Sequence record: OL631481.1
Source of the DNA: Escherichia phage ECML-183-2
Length of the DNA: 64,000 nt
Direction: 5' to 3' (one strand)
Below the pieces are notes generated by a model. That model searched no databases and was not told where the DNA came from. It worked only from the letters and a program-made list of their open reading frames with translations. The translations under genes were made by a program, and so were the position numbers. Every line of letters begins with the position of its first letter. Positions within the stretch are counted from its first letter, which is position 1. Of the stretch, positions 1 through 9,641 are shown one piece after another.

Positions 1-272
1 CCTTGTTGTAACCCCTTCATTTCTGTTTTAGTCCAGAAACTATATTGAGCCTTAGATCTGTAACCTTCAGGTAGTGCATTCAGTGTTTTACCAGATATCG
101 GTTGTAAGCTTGCCGCTTCAATAGTAAATGGTTCATATTCTACACTACTTTCTAAGTTAGCAATAACTGAACCAACTGCCTCTTTGTAGACTCGTCTACG
201 ACCTTGGTATTCAGTTAGATCAAGGAGAGTAAATTGATCTAGTAACACTTGTATCTCCTTTTTAGTATACAT
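1..272 (-). CDS. hypothetical protein, N-terminal 90 codons; gene continues beyond window start
   Basis: ATG at 272-270; frame checked open to position 3; not in ORF track because it is edge-truncated; downstream of head genes, so likely neck or tail. Confidence 0.4.
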   Translation of the reverse strand, partial: MYTKKEIQVLLDQFTLLDLTEYQGRRRVYKEAVGSVIANLESSVEYEPFTIEAASLQPISGKTLNALPEGYRSKAQYSFWTKTEMKGLQQ

Positions 273-293
273 CAAAAACAAAGTTTATGCAAG

Positions 294-782
294 TTATTTT
301 TTAGACTTGCTTTTTGTGATTTTTGTTTCGATTGCATTTATCATATATGCCGTATCTATTAAGATATGATTAGAATAGTTGCCTTTATCTTGTCGTATCT
401 TAATTGTCACAGGAGATAAAGGACGATAACGTTGCATTGCAATCGCTTGAGCTATTCCTTCTCTAGAGGCTCTCGCTATAGGCTCAAAAACAGCCAACCC
501 AACATTGTTCATTAGGTAATTTGCAAAAACCTGCTTCATCTTTTTAGCGATATTGTTCTGTGAGATAACAGCACCATCTGTTATAAAAGGGCGAGCAGGT
601 ATGTTGTTTGTTTCATTACCATATTGTTGAATAGCTGCTATTGCAGGAATAGTGAGATCTGATTCAGGATGCCTTTTGTTTGTTAAAAAACCAGCTTCGA
701 TTTGAACTTGTTCAAGGTCCATCATCTTTTTGATAATGGTTTCCCAATCTGTATCGTCACCTGGTAAGATCTCACTTTCCAT
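294..782 (-). CDS. hypothetical structural protein (head-completion/neck region)
   Basis: 162 aa ORF co-directional and tightly packed downstream of capsid genes. Confidence 0.5.
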   Translation of the reverse strand: MESEILPGDDTDWETIIKKMMDLEQVQIEAGFLTNKRHPESDLTIPAIAAIQQYGNETNNIPARPFITDGAVISQNNIAKKMKQVFANYLMNNVGLAVFEPIARASREGIAQAIAMQRYRPLSPVTIKIRQDKGNYSNHILIDTAYMINAIETKITKSKSKK

Positions 783-1330
783 TATTTGTCCCTACGATAA
801 AAAGAAACAGGTCCGTAATTTCGCAAATAATTAACGTTGCGGGTATTACGATCAACACTTGCAACATTACCAAGACCATTCACAGAGTTAGGATCGCTGT
901 TTACTCGATCAATCTCACGAGCATCCACACCGCCAATAAGAACTTTACTGGTTGCTCCTCGTCCTGCCGTGCACCCAGGAATGACCATAAGACCATTTAA
1001 ATAGTTATGATAGATATCTTCCCACGGAGACTTATAAGTTACTTGACCGTTGTTAAATTTAACTTCAACTTCGACTTCACCCATCTTTTCTCTGCGGGAC
1101 ATAGCTCCTCCTGTTTGAGTACTGTTGTTAAGAACATCGTTGTTCCATAGATACTCTAAAACAGAAATCAAGCTGTTCCACAATACTGCACACTTATCCT
1201 TATCTTCATTCCCTATGATATCAATCCAAGTTTGGATGATCTGAATCAGCATTGCATCTGGCAATACTTCTTGAGAAGGGTTATAAACAAGAATTCGGAT
1301 CAGTGGTGCCAACTCTACCGCATTCAGCAT
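782..1330 (-). CDS. hypothetical structural protein
   Basis: 182 aa ORF; stop/start abutting neighbours in the morphogenesis operon. Confidence 0.5.
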   Translation of the reverse strand: MLNAVELAPLIRILVYNPSQEVLPDAMLIQIIQTWIDIIGNEDKDKCAVLWNSLISVLEYLWNNDVLNNSTQTGGAMSRREKMGEVEVEVKFNNGQVTYKSPWEDIYHNYLNGLMVIPGCTAGRGATSKVLIGGVDAREIDRVNSDPNSVNGLGNVASVDRNTRNVNYLRNYGPVSFYRRDK

Positions 1331-1339
1331 AAGCCCACC

Positions 1340-1738
1340 TTATTTTTTACGAAGGGAACGTTTTTTAGCTGGAGTGTCTACCGCTTCTACTTTTAAAACT
1401 TCTTCTTTGATTTTTACAGGTGCATAGTCTTCGTAACTTACAAGATAGTAACCCATGTGTTCTTCACTTGCAAAAGGATGCACAAGAATACCTGTTTCTT
1501 CTCTCAAACGCGTGAGGAAGTGAATGAAGTTTCCACCTAATGCAATACGACCATCTTTCAGATAGAAAGACATTGGTGGCGCAGATACTAATGTTTTATC
1601 AGCATCGATCAGTGGTGAAAGCGATTCGAAATCACGAATCATTTCGTGATAACTAAAGTAACGTTTCAATTCTGGGTTTGACATATCAATCTCCTCGTTG
1701 TAAACTCTTATTGTAAACAGAAAAGGCTCGCCCATCAC
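1340..1738 (-). CDS. hypothetical protein
   Basis: 132 aa ORF immediately downstream of the capsid gene. Confidence 0.5.
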   Translation of the reverse strand: MMGEPFLFTIRVYNEEIDMSNPELKRYFSYHEMIRDFESLSPLIDADKTLVSAPPMSFYLKDGRIALGGNFIHFLTRLREETGILVHPFASEEHMGYYLVSYEDYAPVKIKEEVLKVEAVDTPAKKRSLRKK

Positions 1739-1768
1739 GGACGAGCCTCTAATCTTAACAGAGTTCTA

Positions 1769-2770
1769 TTAAGCCGTAGTCAGTTTAACTACCAGTTCTG
1801 GACGGGTGTTAACTGCGAGCAGCGAGAATTCAGACTGAAGCTGAATAGTGCGGTGCTGGCTGATCATGAAGGTATACAGTTCACGAGCCTGGGTGTTAGC
1901 CAGTTCTGGAGTATCCGCAGGAGCGTAGTGCGCCTGGAACATACCTTCGATACCCATAGGCAGAACATATGCTTCACCAGCAGGAATGTTACCGTGGATA
2001 TCTTCAATGTAAGTTACACCGTTCCATTCGAACACCTGAACATCCATGTTACCGCTAAGGCGGTCACGCAGAAGGTTAGGAGTTCCCTGGAAATACTGAT
2101 ACGCCTGGCGAACAAATGGAGAGTTAACCAGAGATGCGAAAAATTCACGAGAACACAGAGCTACGATACGGGTAGCGGTAGAGCCATCTTGTTTAGTATC
2201 GATGATGTAAGCACGAGCTTCTTGTTCGATAGTGGCTGCTGGAGAAACAGTGGTAGAAGCAAAGTCTACAGCAACAGATTTCTGGGTAGCACCCCATTCG
2301 GTATACCAGTTGTATGCAGAGTTAGCTGCACCACCTACGCCGTTATAGGCACGACCCATAACTGCTTCTGCAAAGATTTTCTCTTTGGTTTTTGCTACGT
2401 CACGCAGAATCTGGGACATATAACGGTTAACAACTTCAGCGTCTGTGCGCAGAGAGTCATTGATTCCTGCCATTGCAAAGCTACGGAAAGATTGAATATC
2501 TTGAGCTTTGATGTTTTTATCCAGAGGGAAGAACGGAATGCGGAACGCTTTCAGTTCTGGATTTTTCATGGTCAGGAAGTTACGCTCACCACCACGCTCA
2601 CGAGCGGAGATCAGAGCATCTTCAGCTTTTTCTTTACCGATTTCAATAGCGGTAGTTGAATGATAGTCAACACTGAACAGATTCAGGCTGGCAATCAGTG
2701 TATCAGGGGAATCCTGAAGTTCGATCATAGGGCTGAAATCTACAACCTGATCTAAAATTACTGCTGGCAT
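1769..2770 (-). CDS. major capsid protein (putative)
   Basis: 333 aa ORF directly after scaffold-like gene in terminase-portal-scaffold-capsid order; the antisense ORF 1853-2659 is rejected. Confidence 0.6.
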   Translation of the reverse strand: MPAVILDQVVDFSPMIELQDSPDTLIASLNLFSVDYHSTTAIEIGKEKAEDALISARERGGERNFLTMKNPELKAFRIPFFPLDKNIKAQDIQSFRSFAMAGINDSLRTDAEVVNRYMSQILRDVAKTKEKIFAEAVMGRAYNGVGGAANSAYNWYTEWGATQKSVAVDFASTTVSPAATIEQEARAYIIDTKQDGSTATRIVALCSREFFASLVNSPFVRQAYQYFQGTPNLLRDRLSGNMDVQVFEWNGVTYIEDIHGNIPAGEAYVLPMGIEGMFQAHYAPADTPELANTQARELYTFMISQHRTIQLQSEFSLLAVNTRPELVVKLTTA

Positions 2771-2791
2771 TATATTAATCTCCTATTAAAA

Positions 2792-3190
2792 TTAAGAAGT
2801 GAAAACGACTTTTTCGGTCAGTTTCAGATCATGTGTTTCCAGTGCTGCTACGCCAGCGTCATCTACCAGGGAGCCATCTTTGTAGTATACTGCAAAGCGG
2901 TTCAGAGTAAGATCACGTACGCCAACAACTGCGGTGAAAGTGTCACCTACTGCTACATCGTCAATACCGAACAGAGCATCAGTCCAAATCAGAACTTTAG
3001 CAGCATCGGCAGCTTCAGCTTTAGCAGCTTCAGTGTTGTCAGCTTTCAGGATAGAACCAATTTTCATGGTTGCTGTTTTAACCAGGTTAACTTCACGTAC
3101 ACAGTGTCCAAGGTCAGAGCTAAACACTCCACCCAGAACCAGGTGTCCGAATTCCTGGCGAGAGTTAGATAAAGTAATTCCTTTAGCCAT
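2792..3190 (-). CDS. hypothetical capsid-associated protein (possible decoration protein)
   Basis: 132 aa ORF between scaffold and capsid genes. Confidence 0.4.
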   Translation of the reverse strand: MAKGITLSNSRQEFGHLVLGGVFSSDLGHCVREVNLVKTATMKIGSILKADNTEAAKAEAADAAKVLIWTDALFGIDDVAVGDTFTAVVGVRDLTLNRFAVYYKDGSLVDDAGVAALETHDLKLTEKVVFTS

Positions 3191-3209
3191 TTAATTTAAT
3201 CTCCTAAGA

Positions 3210-4325
3210 TTATTGTTTCTGGGCTTTTTTAAGTTCAGCAGCTTTCTGACTAATCAGTTCAGAAGAAGATTTAGCTACAGGTTGAGTATTGATCACATCA
3301 ACACCACGTTCTGTTCCAAATTCTTTCTTAACTGCGTCCACTTCTGCACGTGCTTTTTCGAATGCTTTGACGATAGTTTCAGCGATATCTTTATTGTCTA
3401 CCAGATATTTAACGAGAGCTTCAACTTTGTCTTCTTCTACGAAAGAATAGGATTTAACAACAGTTGTATATTCTTCTTCGATACGAGCTTGTTCAGCTTT
3501 ACGAAGTTCTTCTGCTTCCTGTTCTGCCTTAGCGATTTTTTCCTGTGCTTCAAGTTCTGCGGCTGCACGTGCATCTGCGGCTGCTTTTTCTACAGCTTCA
3601 GCGATCTGTGCTTTCATCAGTTCTTGGAATTCAGCAGATTTCAGGAATTCTTCTTTGTTGATATTTTCCAAAGGGGTTTCTCCTTTATTGATTCCAGTTG
3701 TGTTTGCAGATTTATCACCTGCGGGGTTAGCCTCTGCATCCACAGAGTTTGTATTAGCTTTAGCGTGAGCTTTCACTAAATAATCTTTAACTTGACTTTG
3801 TTTCAAGGAACTCTTAACGAGATTACTCAAAGCATCGTCTAAAACGTCCTCAAAGAAATCAATGGAGATCATTACATCACCATCAACAACTTGATAATCA
3901 GTAACACGAACAACAGGTTTAGCAACCTCTTCAACTTCAACATTCAGTCCGTCAACTTTAAAGCCAACAGAGAACATACCGTTATCTGAACAGAAAATTG
4001 CAACGTTCGCATCGAAGTCAGCATCAATAACGTAAACCCAATCCCAACCAGCTTCAAATTTTTCACGCACTTTTTCAGAAATGCGATCCATCACTTGTTG
4101 AATATAGCTTTTACGTAACTCTGTAACATCTTCTCCCATTTTAGTGAGAGCTTCTAACTTTTCAAAAGTTATGTCTGGAGATCCGTCTGACTTAAATAAA
4201 AGGGGGGTATTATAACCAGATGCCGCTCCACCTTGAAAATCAAAAGTGTAAGCAATATGAGCACCTAGTGACTCTTCCGTAGCTTTTCCTGAAAAGTCTA
4301 CGTTAGTTAAATATGTATTTGCCAC
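3210..4325 (-). CDS. scaffolding protein (putative)
   Basis: 371 aa; long Ala/Glu/Lys-rich coiled-coil segment (AEAVEKAAADARAAAELEAQEKIAKAEQEAEELRKAEQARIEEE); lies between portal and capsid. Confidence 0.5.
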   Translation of the reverse strand: MANTYLTNVDFSGKATEESLGAHIAYTFDFQGGAASGYNTPLLFKSDGSPDITFEKLEALTKMGEDVTELRKSYIQQVMDRISEKVREKFEAGWDWVYVIDADFDANVAIFCSDNGMFSVGFKVDGLNVEVEEVAKPVVRVTDYQVVDGDVMISIDFFEDVLDDALSNLVKSSLKQSQVKDYLVKAHAKANTNSVDAEANPAGDKSANTTGINKGETPLENINKEEFLKSAEFQELMKAQIAEAVEKAAADARAAAELEAQEKIAKAEQEAEELRKAEQARIEEEYTTVVKSYSFVEEDKVEALVKYLVDNKDIAETIVKAFEKARAEVDAVKKEFGTERGVDVINTQPVAKSSSELISQKAAELKKAQKQ

Positions 4326-4327
4326 GA

Positions 4328-4807
4328 TTAGTCCTTCTTGACTTTAACGCCCATTGCGCCTATACTCAAACCTTTAAGAACGCCGTCTTTACGAGCTTGA
4401 TATAATTCAGGGTCGTTGAATTGGATTTTAACGAGGGGAGTTCCTTCCACAACGAGTTCGTCACCAATGTAACAATCGACTTCATTTACCCAAGCTTTAA
4501 TTGGAGAAAACTTATCGGTGTTCTTCATGTGACCAAGATTACCACTAATGTTGGTAATATTCTCATTGAAGTTGTCAACCATCTTCCTGATTTCCAAATC
4601 AGACATGCGCTCTCCGTGGAGATCGTCTTCTTCAGGTGGACAATACAAGACCTCAATAACCTGCATCTTTTCTTCATCAAATTTATTTTGTTTGACTAGA
4701 GTTTCAGGTTTTTGAGATGGTATAGAATCTTGTTGGGATTCAGAATTCTCTTTAAAACCAGCGAAGGTTTTGAAGAGTTCCCACAGTGTATCTTTATTGA
4801 GTTCCAT
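4328..4807 (-). CDS. head morphogenesis protein (possible prohead protease)
   Basis: 159 aa ORF between portal and scaffold, the usual protease position; no catalytic motif recognised. Confidence 0.35.
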   Translation of the reverse strand: MELNKDTLWELFKTFAGFKENSESQQDSIPSQKPETLVKQNKFDEEKMQVIEVLYCPPEEDDLHGERMSDLEIRKMVDNFNENITNISGNLGHMKNTDKFSPIKAWVNEVDCYIGDELVVEGTPLVKIQFNDPELYQARKDGVLKGLSIGAMGVKVKKD

Positions 4808-4843
4808 TTGAAACCTCTTAAAAACAGATATCCCATAAATCTT

Positions 4844-4872
4844 AGTCTACAGGATATTTGTTGTTTTGTCAA
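4844..4872 (-). promoter_or_regulatory. sigma70-like promoter (TTGACA-N17-TAGACT) upstream of gene 4328-4807
   Basis: minus-strand TTGACA at 4872-4867, 17 nt spacer, -10-like hexamer at 4849-4844. Confidence 0.35.
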
Positions 4873-4900
4873 TAGAAAAATTAAAAAATATTAAATATTT

Positions 4901-6466
4901 TTAATTCGACAGGTTTTGTGCTGAAGGATCTAAAGCAGAAACAGTATCAGACGTTCCAGTTCCCGCTGTAGCTAAACCATCTCCTGATCGTGAAGTTTTG
5001 TCAGGCATATAGTTATCCATGAATTCAAAGAATTTCTCTTTATTGGCAACAATATCGTCAGGGATGCGATATTCAAAACCAATTTTTTCAAGGAACTCGT
5101 TAATAACTTCTGGGGTTAAAGGTATTGCACCAGAGGCTACCAACTGCTGAATAGCTTTAGCATTTACTTCAATATCAGGATCACCCATTTCACCACTGAC
5201 AAACTTAGGCATATCTTCATCAGAAAGGAAGATATTGTTTAGTCGTAGTGTTTGAGGGATCAGTTGAGAGTTTATAGCTTCTACAACAATATCTACATCT
5301 CGCTCAATAAAATGAGACAATAGTGTTTGTTTGTTGTCAGAAAGCGCAAAACTTCCTGCATCACCATCACCCATAATCAACACACCCGCACCAAAGCGGT
5401 TATAAATATCTAGCTTGCGTTGTTTGATTAGTGCTTGAGTGTCAAACTGTTTACCCGTGCCATCAACACCTTGGAATACAAGATCGTATTGACGCATCAC
5501 TGTGCCTTCATAAACGTCTGAAGGCAATACCATGTAGGCTTGCTCACCAGAGTGCAGGTTAGCGATGTTGGCTTGGAGAACTCGAAGAGATTGTGCTTCA
5601 TCCCCAGCAGGATCTAAAGATGCCCTGTTTAGAATGTCACTTGGAACCTTAAGAACTGGCATACCGCCTAAATCTTTAGATACCCCAATAACCTCAAATT
5701 CCTGAATAAGAGATTTTTCACGCCAGCTACGATATACAGCTAAAAGCGGACTAACTCCTAGTGGGTTATTCTCTGTAATGTTACTACCAACAAATAAAAC
5801 TTTACTGAAAGGAATTTCTTTAATACCAGTTTCTAAAGTTGTATTACCTGGAGCTAACATCGTATTGGTGATATTCTGGTTAACAGATAGAATAGAACGT
5901 CCGTCTGCCGAATATGTAAAAGGTTGAGCCATGTGAAGAGTGTCTTGTGGTCTAAAAGCCAGTTTGGTCAATCGCCAATACCCAAAGTAAGGACTTTTAG
6001 GATCTTCATCCAACTCATAAACTTTCTCTGCGAATGCAAAACCATATTGCTTATATGTCAAAAGTGATCTAACATATTGACGTAGAGGGGCTTGCATATT
6101 GCGTAACATGTAATCAATAAACTTAGCAGCTTTTCTTGACTTTGCCGAGTTTACATTGTATTTTATCTTGAAATCAAAGAATGCTCTATCTACAAAGATA
6201 TATGTAGCGTCAAGAGCAGTAGCTACATCAGGGTCTTCACCCATCTCTTTAAAAGTGCGAATACATTCTGGGAAACGAGTCTCATAAGGTTGCATGAAAT
6301 TCGTAAATGCTTTGATTGAGTTTAATCCGATCGTTCCTATTTCAGGTGACAGGAGTAACGTTTTCTCTTTCTCTGCCTCTTTTGTTGGAGAGAGAGCAGC
6401 TTTATTTGCAGCACCTTTGTCCCAGTATTCTGACTTTTTAGTGTACGTTCTTTTTCCTGTTGACAC
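4901..6466 (-). CDS. portal protein (putative)
   Basis: 521 aa ORF immediately downstream of the large terminase; size and position typical of portal. Confidence 0.55.
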   Translation of the reverse strand: MSTGKRTYTKKSEYWDKGAANKAALSPTKEAEKEKTLLLSPEIGTIGLNSIKAFTNFMQPYETRFPECIRTFKEMGEDPDVATALDATYIFVDRAFFDFKIKYNVNSAKSRKAAKFIDYMLRNMQAPLRQYVRSLLTYKQYGFAFAEKVYELDEDPKSPYFGYWRLTKLAFRPQDTLHMAQPFTYSADGRSILSVNQNITNTMLAPGNTTLETGIKEIPFSKVLFVGSNITENNPLGVSPLLAVYRSWREKSLIQEFEVIGVSKDLGGMPVLKVPSDILNRASLDPAGDEAQSLRVLQANIANLHSGEQAYMVLPSDVYEGTVMRQYDLVFQGVDGTGKQFDTQALIKQRKLDIYNRFGAGVLIMGDGDAGSFALSDNKQTLLSHFIERDVDIVVEAINSQLIPQTLRLNNIFLSDEDMPKFVSGEMGDPDIEVNAKAIQQLVASGAIPLTPEVINEFLEKIGFEYRIPDDIVANKEKFFEFMDNYMPDKTSRSGDGLATAGTGTSDTVSALDPSAQNLSN

Positions 6467-6535
6467 TTGTTCCTCCAGTCAGGTATAAAATCGTTAAGGC
6501 AAGGCTGTATTATATACAACCTCACCTATCTAGTT

Positions 6536-6564
6536 ATAATACACTTTAAAGTGACTTTTGTCAA
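6536..6564 (-). promoter_or_regulatory. sigma70-like promoter (TTGACA-N17-TATTAT) upstream of portal gene
   Basis: minus-strand TTGACA 6564-6559, 17 nt spacer, TATTAT 6541-6536. Confidence 0.45.
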
Positions 6565-6567
6565 CAA

Positions 6568-8643
6568 TTATCTTTTACGGACACTATACGGTTGGTGAAA
6601 TCCGCTGTTCATTCTACTGTATCCTGTAGGAGCATTTGTTGTTGCAGGGATAGCTACTGCTTTGAAAGTATTCTCTTTTGACAGAGTATTGAAACAAGAA
6701 GCAGCAGCATCGGGAATGTCATCTTTAATAGTGGCTGTAGATCTTTCACCATTGAAAGATTCCAATTCTTTATAAAAGTGGGTTAAAGTTTCCACATTAG
6801 GGAAAGAATCTTCAACAATATAAACAAAACCGTTTTGACACGCACTACTAAAAGGCATAAAACGCTGAAGCTTTTTCTTGTTGCCTGGCATAGCATCTGG
6901 TTTAACAACAAAACCCTCTAGAATAAGTTTCTTTGCAGACTCTGTATATTCTATTGTCCCAGCCCCAGATGGGTCTTTAGGAAGAACTACTGTAACTTCT
7001 GGTCCATCAATCTTACATTGATTTAGAATCAGGTTATCCCTTTCCCCAGGTAATCTTCGAAACCTTCCGAAAATTTTACTTTTCTCATCCACAGCATCAT
7101 AATCATAGTCACCAAAGATGTAGATATTACCATCTTGGTCTTTACCCATTTTGACAGATGTTGTATAGTCTGGATAACGATAAGTTTCTGTAGGAACTGA
7201 AACAGCTTTATCCCATGCTCGCATTAGTTTAAGATTATTAGGAACATCTTTATAAGATATCTTATGCAACCATTCACGTTGGAAGAAAGACTCTTTCTGT
7301 ATACGTGCAAACCAACAGCCGTCCAAGAGTTGTGCTCTTTTGATTGCTGTTTGTGATTTAAGCTGTGCTAAATAATTAGGGTTAAGCCTAATCAATTCTG
7401 GGTTATCAAATATTGTCCCACCGATAAATACGAAAGTTTGTGGTTCAATAACAACTGTCTCCCCTGTATTAGGGTTTTCCATGAAACAGTTTTCTGGATA
7501 TTTTTCTTTCAGTTCTTCAGGTGTGTCAGCAAAAACAGGTTCATCATTAACAATGATGAAATATTTTTGTTTACCACACATATCTTCTCTAGGATAACCA
7601 CCCTCATCGAGATAAGGTAATACCCAATTCAAAACCCAACTATCTGCATCGGGGTTACATGTGCACAACATGAAGCTTGTTTCTGATTCTGAACGCATAC
7701 GTCCCAGAAGATAGAGCATTTCATATTGCGTGAAGTGGGTTAACTCGTCAAAACCTACCATTGAATACTGTGTACCCTGATGGTTTGTTTCTGCTGTTAC
7801 GTTATCATTTTCCAAATGGTCAAATTTGAGGGTTCCACCACCAGTTGCTTCAAAAATGATATCCATTGTACTTTCTTTTACGTGCGGTTGTAAAGGAAGA
7901 TACAAACGTTTTGCTTCTGTAAACAGACCACCTGGTTTACGGTGAGCAGTGGTGTTCTTACGGAAAAGTATTCCACCAAACAAAGGGTCTTTGTAGGCGT
8001 ATTTTAAAGCTTTCAGCAATAGCAGACGAGACTTGCCGCTATTCCCAGTAACGAAGCAGTGATCGCCACGTCTAAAGACAATATAGCTGCTTGGAGTCTC
8101 AAAACAATATTTCTTATCATCTGTTGAAATAACCTCGTGTATTTTTAAGTAAGTGCTCTTTTTACCAGGTATGTTAAAAGGAACACGTTTACCGAATGGA
8201 TTTTCTACATAACCTTGCAGGGGTTTTCCTATTTGCTGTAATGCAATAAGATCTCCTACAAGAATCTCGAAATGTTTCTTTGATTTCTTTTTCTTATAGA
8301 ATACAAAACGGTGTTCCATACTAAGTTCTTGGAATAATCCTACACCATTTGTTATTCTGTATAGATTATCTCCATTTAAATCGTATTCTACAAAATAAGG
8401 TGTTACCAATTCTAAACGCTTATTCTTAGGATTGTATTGGTAAATATCCTCTCCCGAATATTCACTAATCTGTCTCCAACCATCTTTTGTAAGATATTCC
8501 GTTTCAGCAGAAACACATCCAGCGGCACCACCATAAATCATAACTTCTGGCATTAAATCCATTGCAAGAGTCTGTTTACCTGGTTGAGCCTTTACTTCAA
8601 TATCTACTCCAGCTAAACTACCTGCTGCCTTTTTCTTTGCCAC
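6568..8643 (-). CDS. terL: terminase large subunit, interrupted by an in-frame mini-intein
   Basis: 691 aa; Walker B-like MVGFDELTHF; CTCNP coupling motif; C-terminal nuclease-like region; Walker A split as YGGAAG / intein / SGKSRLLL. Confidence 0.85.
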   Translation of the reverse strand: MAKKKAAGSLAGVDIEVKAQPGKQTLAMDLMPEVMIYGGAAGCVSAETEYLTKDGWRQISEYSGEDIYQYNPKNKRLELVTPYFVEYDLNGDNLYRITNGVGLFQELSMEHRFVFYKKKKSKKHFEILVGDLIALQQIGKPLQGYVENPFGKRVPFNIPGKKSTYLKIHEVISTDDKKYCFETPSSYIVFRRGDHCFVTGNSGKSRLLLLKALKYAYKDPLFGGILFRKNTTAHRKPGGLFTEAKRLYLPLQPHVKESTMDIIFEATGGGTLKFDHLENDNVTAETNHQGTQYSMVGFDELTHFTQYEMLYLLGRMRSESETSFMLCTCNPDADSWVLNWVLPYLDEGGYPREDMCGKQKYFIIVNDEPVFADTPEELKEKYPENCFMENPNTGETVVIEPQTFVFIGGTIFDNPELIRLNPNYLAQLKSQTAIKRAQLLDGCWFARIQKESFFQREWLHKISYKDVPNNLKLMRAWDKAVSVPTETYRYPDYTTSVKMGKDQDGNIYIFGDYDYDAVDEKSKIFGRFRRLPGERDNLILNQCKIDGPEVTVVLPKDPSGAGTIEYTESAKKLILEGFVVKPDAMPGNKKKLQRFMPFSSACQNGFVYIVEDSFPNVETLTHFYKELESFNGERSTATIKDDIPDAAASCFNTLSKENTFKAVAIPATTNAPTGYSRMNSGFHQPYSVRKR
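8041..8517 (-). mobile_element. mini-intein (about 159 aa) inserted in the TerL P-loop
   Basis: starts CVSAETEYLTKDG (intein block A), internal SMEHRFVF (block B-like), ends ...HCFVTGN followed by Ser; splicing would give GAAGSGKS. Confidence 0.7.
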
Positions 8644-8652
8644 ATTCCCTCC

Positions 8653-8997
8653 TTATTCAGCAATAATACCTTTTTCTTGAAGTGTTTTAATATATGCTTG
8701 TAAACCTAAAACCTTTCGTCTATCTTGCTCCCAAAGAGCATTGTTTTGAGTTTGGTTGTTGACAACTTCAGATCTACTAACCCCTTTTGCAATTTGATTT
8801 TTAGTGTATGGCACAGGTGTCGATACTTTATCCATCAAGTCCGAATCTGGACCTTTAACCTTTTCTATTGCTACGGCCTTACACTCATCAATAAGAACTG
8901 GGGAAGCTTTTGTTGATGATGAACAACCCGTCATCATTAGGGGCAAAGCAAGACATACTGCCAGAATTAGTTTTTGCATAATTCGTTGTATCCTCAT
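8653..8997 (-). CDS. o-spanin-like outer-membrane lipoprotein
   Basis: signal peptide with lipobox-like LMMTGC; start is embedded out of frame in the upstream i-spanin-like gene. Confidence 0.45.
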   Translation of the reverse strand: MRIQRIMQKLILAVCLALPLMMTGCSSSTKASPVLIDECKAVAIEKVKGPDSDLMDKVSTPVPYTKNQIAKGVSRSEVVNNQTQNNALWEQDRRKVLGLQAYIKTLQEKGIIAE

Positions 8998-9280
8998 TGA
9001 TCGTTTGTTTCTTCTTCTCTAAATCTGCTTTTAATTGTGCATTGTTTTTAGACAAATTGTTTATTTGGGTATTTAATAATGCTCTTTCTTCATCTGCTCT
9101 TTTTTGAAGAACATCAAAATCCTGTTTTGCTTTTGCTTGGGCTGCTTGATATAATTGCGTTTGATAGGCAACACCATCTTTGTAGCCAGACTCATGTATC
9201 TTGTTATAAGCAAACATTCCGGCAAGAATAAGAACAACAATTAAAACAAAACCTAATACAGTTTTAGTCTTTAGATTCAT
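8888..9280 (-). CDS. i-spanin-like protein
   Basis: 130 aa; N-terminal TM helix (VLGFVLIVVLILAGMFAY) then coiled-coil-rich periplasmic part; overlaps the lipoprotein gene. Confidence 0.45.
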   Translation of the reverse strand: MNLKTKTVLGFVLIVVLILAGMFAYNKIHESGYKDGVAYQTQLYQAAQAKAKQDFDVLQKRADEERALLNTQINNLSKNNAQLKADLEKKKQTINEDTTNYAKTNSGSMSCFAPNDDGLFIINKSFPSSY

Positions 9281-9479
9281 TATCTTCTACTTCCTCATAA
9301 AATTTTATTTTAGGAAGAGAAGGGGCGTTGTTAACTATCTTCTTCACTTCCATCGGTTGAGCCTCCGCTAGGATCTCTTCCCACGTCTTCTCTGTCATCA
9401 TAAAGTTCTTCCTCCAAGTTCCAAGCCCGTGTGTAATCATTCTTTTTATCTTTATGATAAGAAGAACGGTTAAAATCAT
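9264..9479 (-). CDS. hypothetical protein
   Basis: 71 aa ORF; true start may be an internal Met. Confidence 0.3.
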   Translation of the reverse strand: MILTVLLIIKIKRMITHGLGTWRKNFMMTEKTWEEILAEAQPMEVKKIVNNAPSLPKIKFYEEVEDNESKD

Positions 9480-9564
9480 TTTTAACTACAAAATTGCGCA
9501 TATTTTATCCTCCTCATATCTGATCTTATCACAAAAGTATATACAATTGCAAGTATTAAAAATA

Positions 9565-9595
9565 AAAAAGCCCCTAACCTTTCGGAGAGGGGTGT
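9565..9595 (-). terminator. putative intrinsic terminator
   Basis: GC hairpin (CCCC...GGGG) followed on the minus strand by a T-rich run, just downstream of gene 9642-9938. Confidence 0.45.
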
Positions 9596-9641
9596 TAAAA
9601 ATAACAAGGAGGAGGGGCAAAGCCCCAAGAGAGGAGAGGGA

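Noticed and set aside
1853-4894. Antisense ORFs opposite structural genes (1853-2659, 2831-3194, 3213-3779, 4421-4894)
   Set aside because: Each is fully contained within a longer, better-supported minus-strand gene; 3213-3779 is an F/C-rich low-complexity translation of the scaffold gene's reverse strand.
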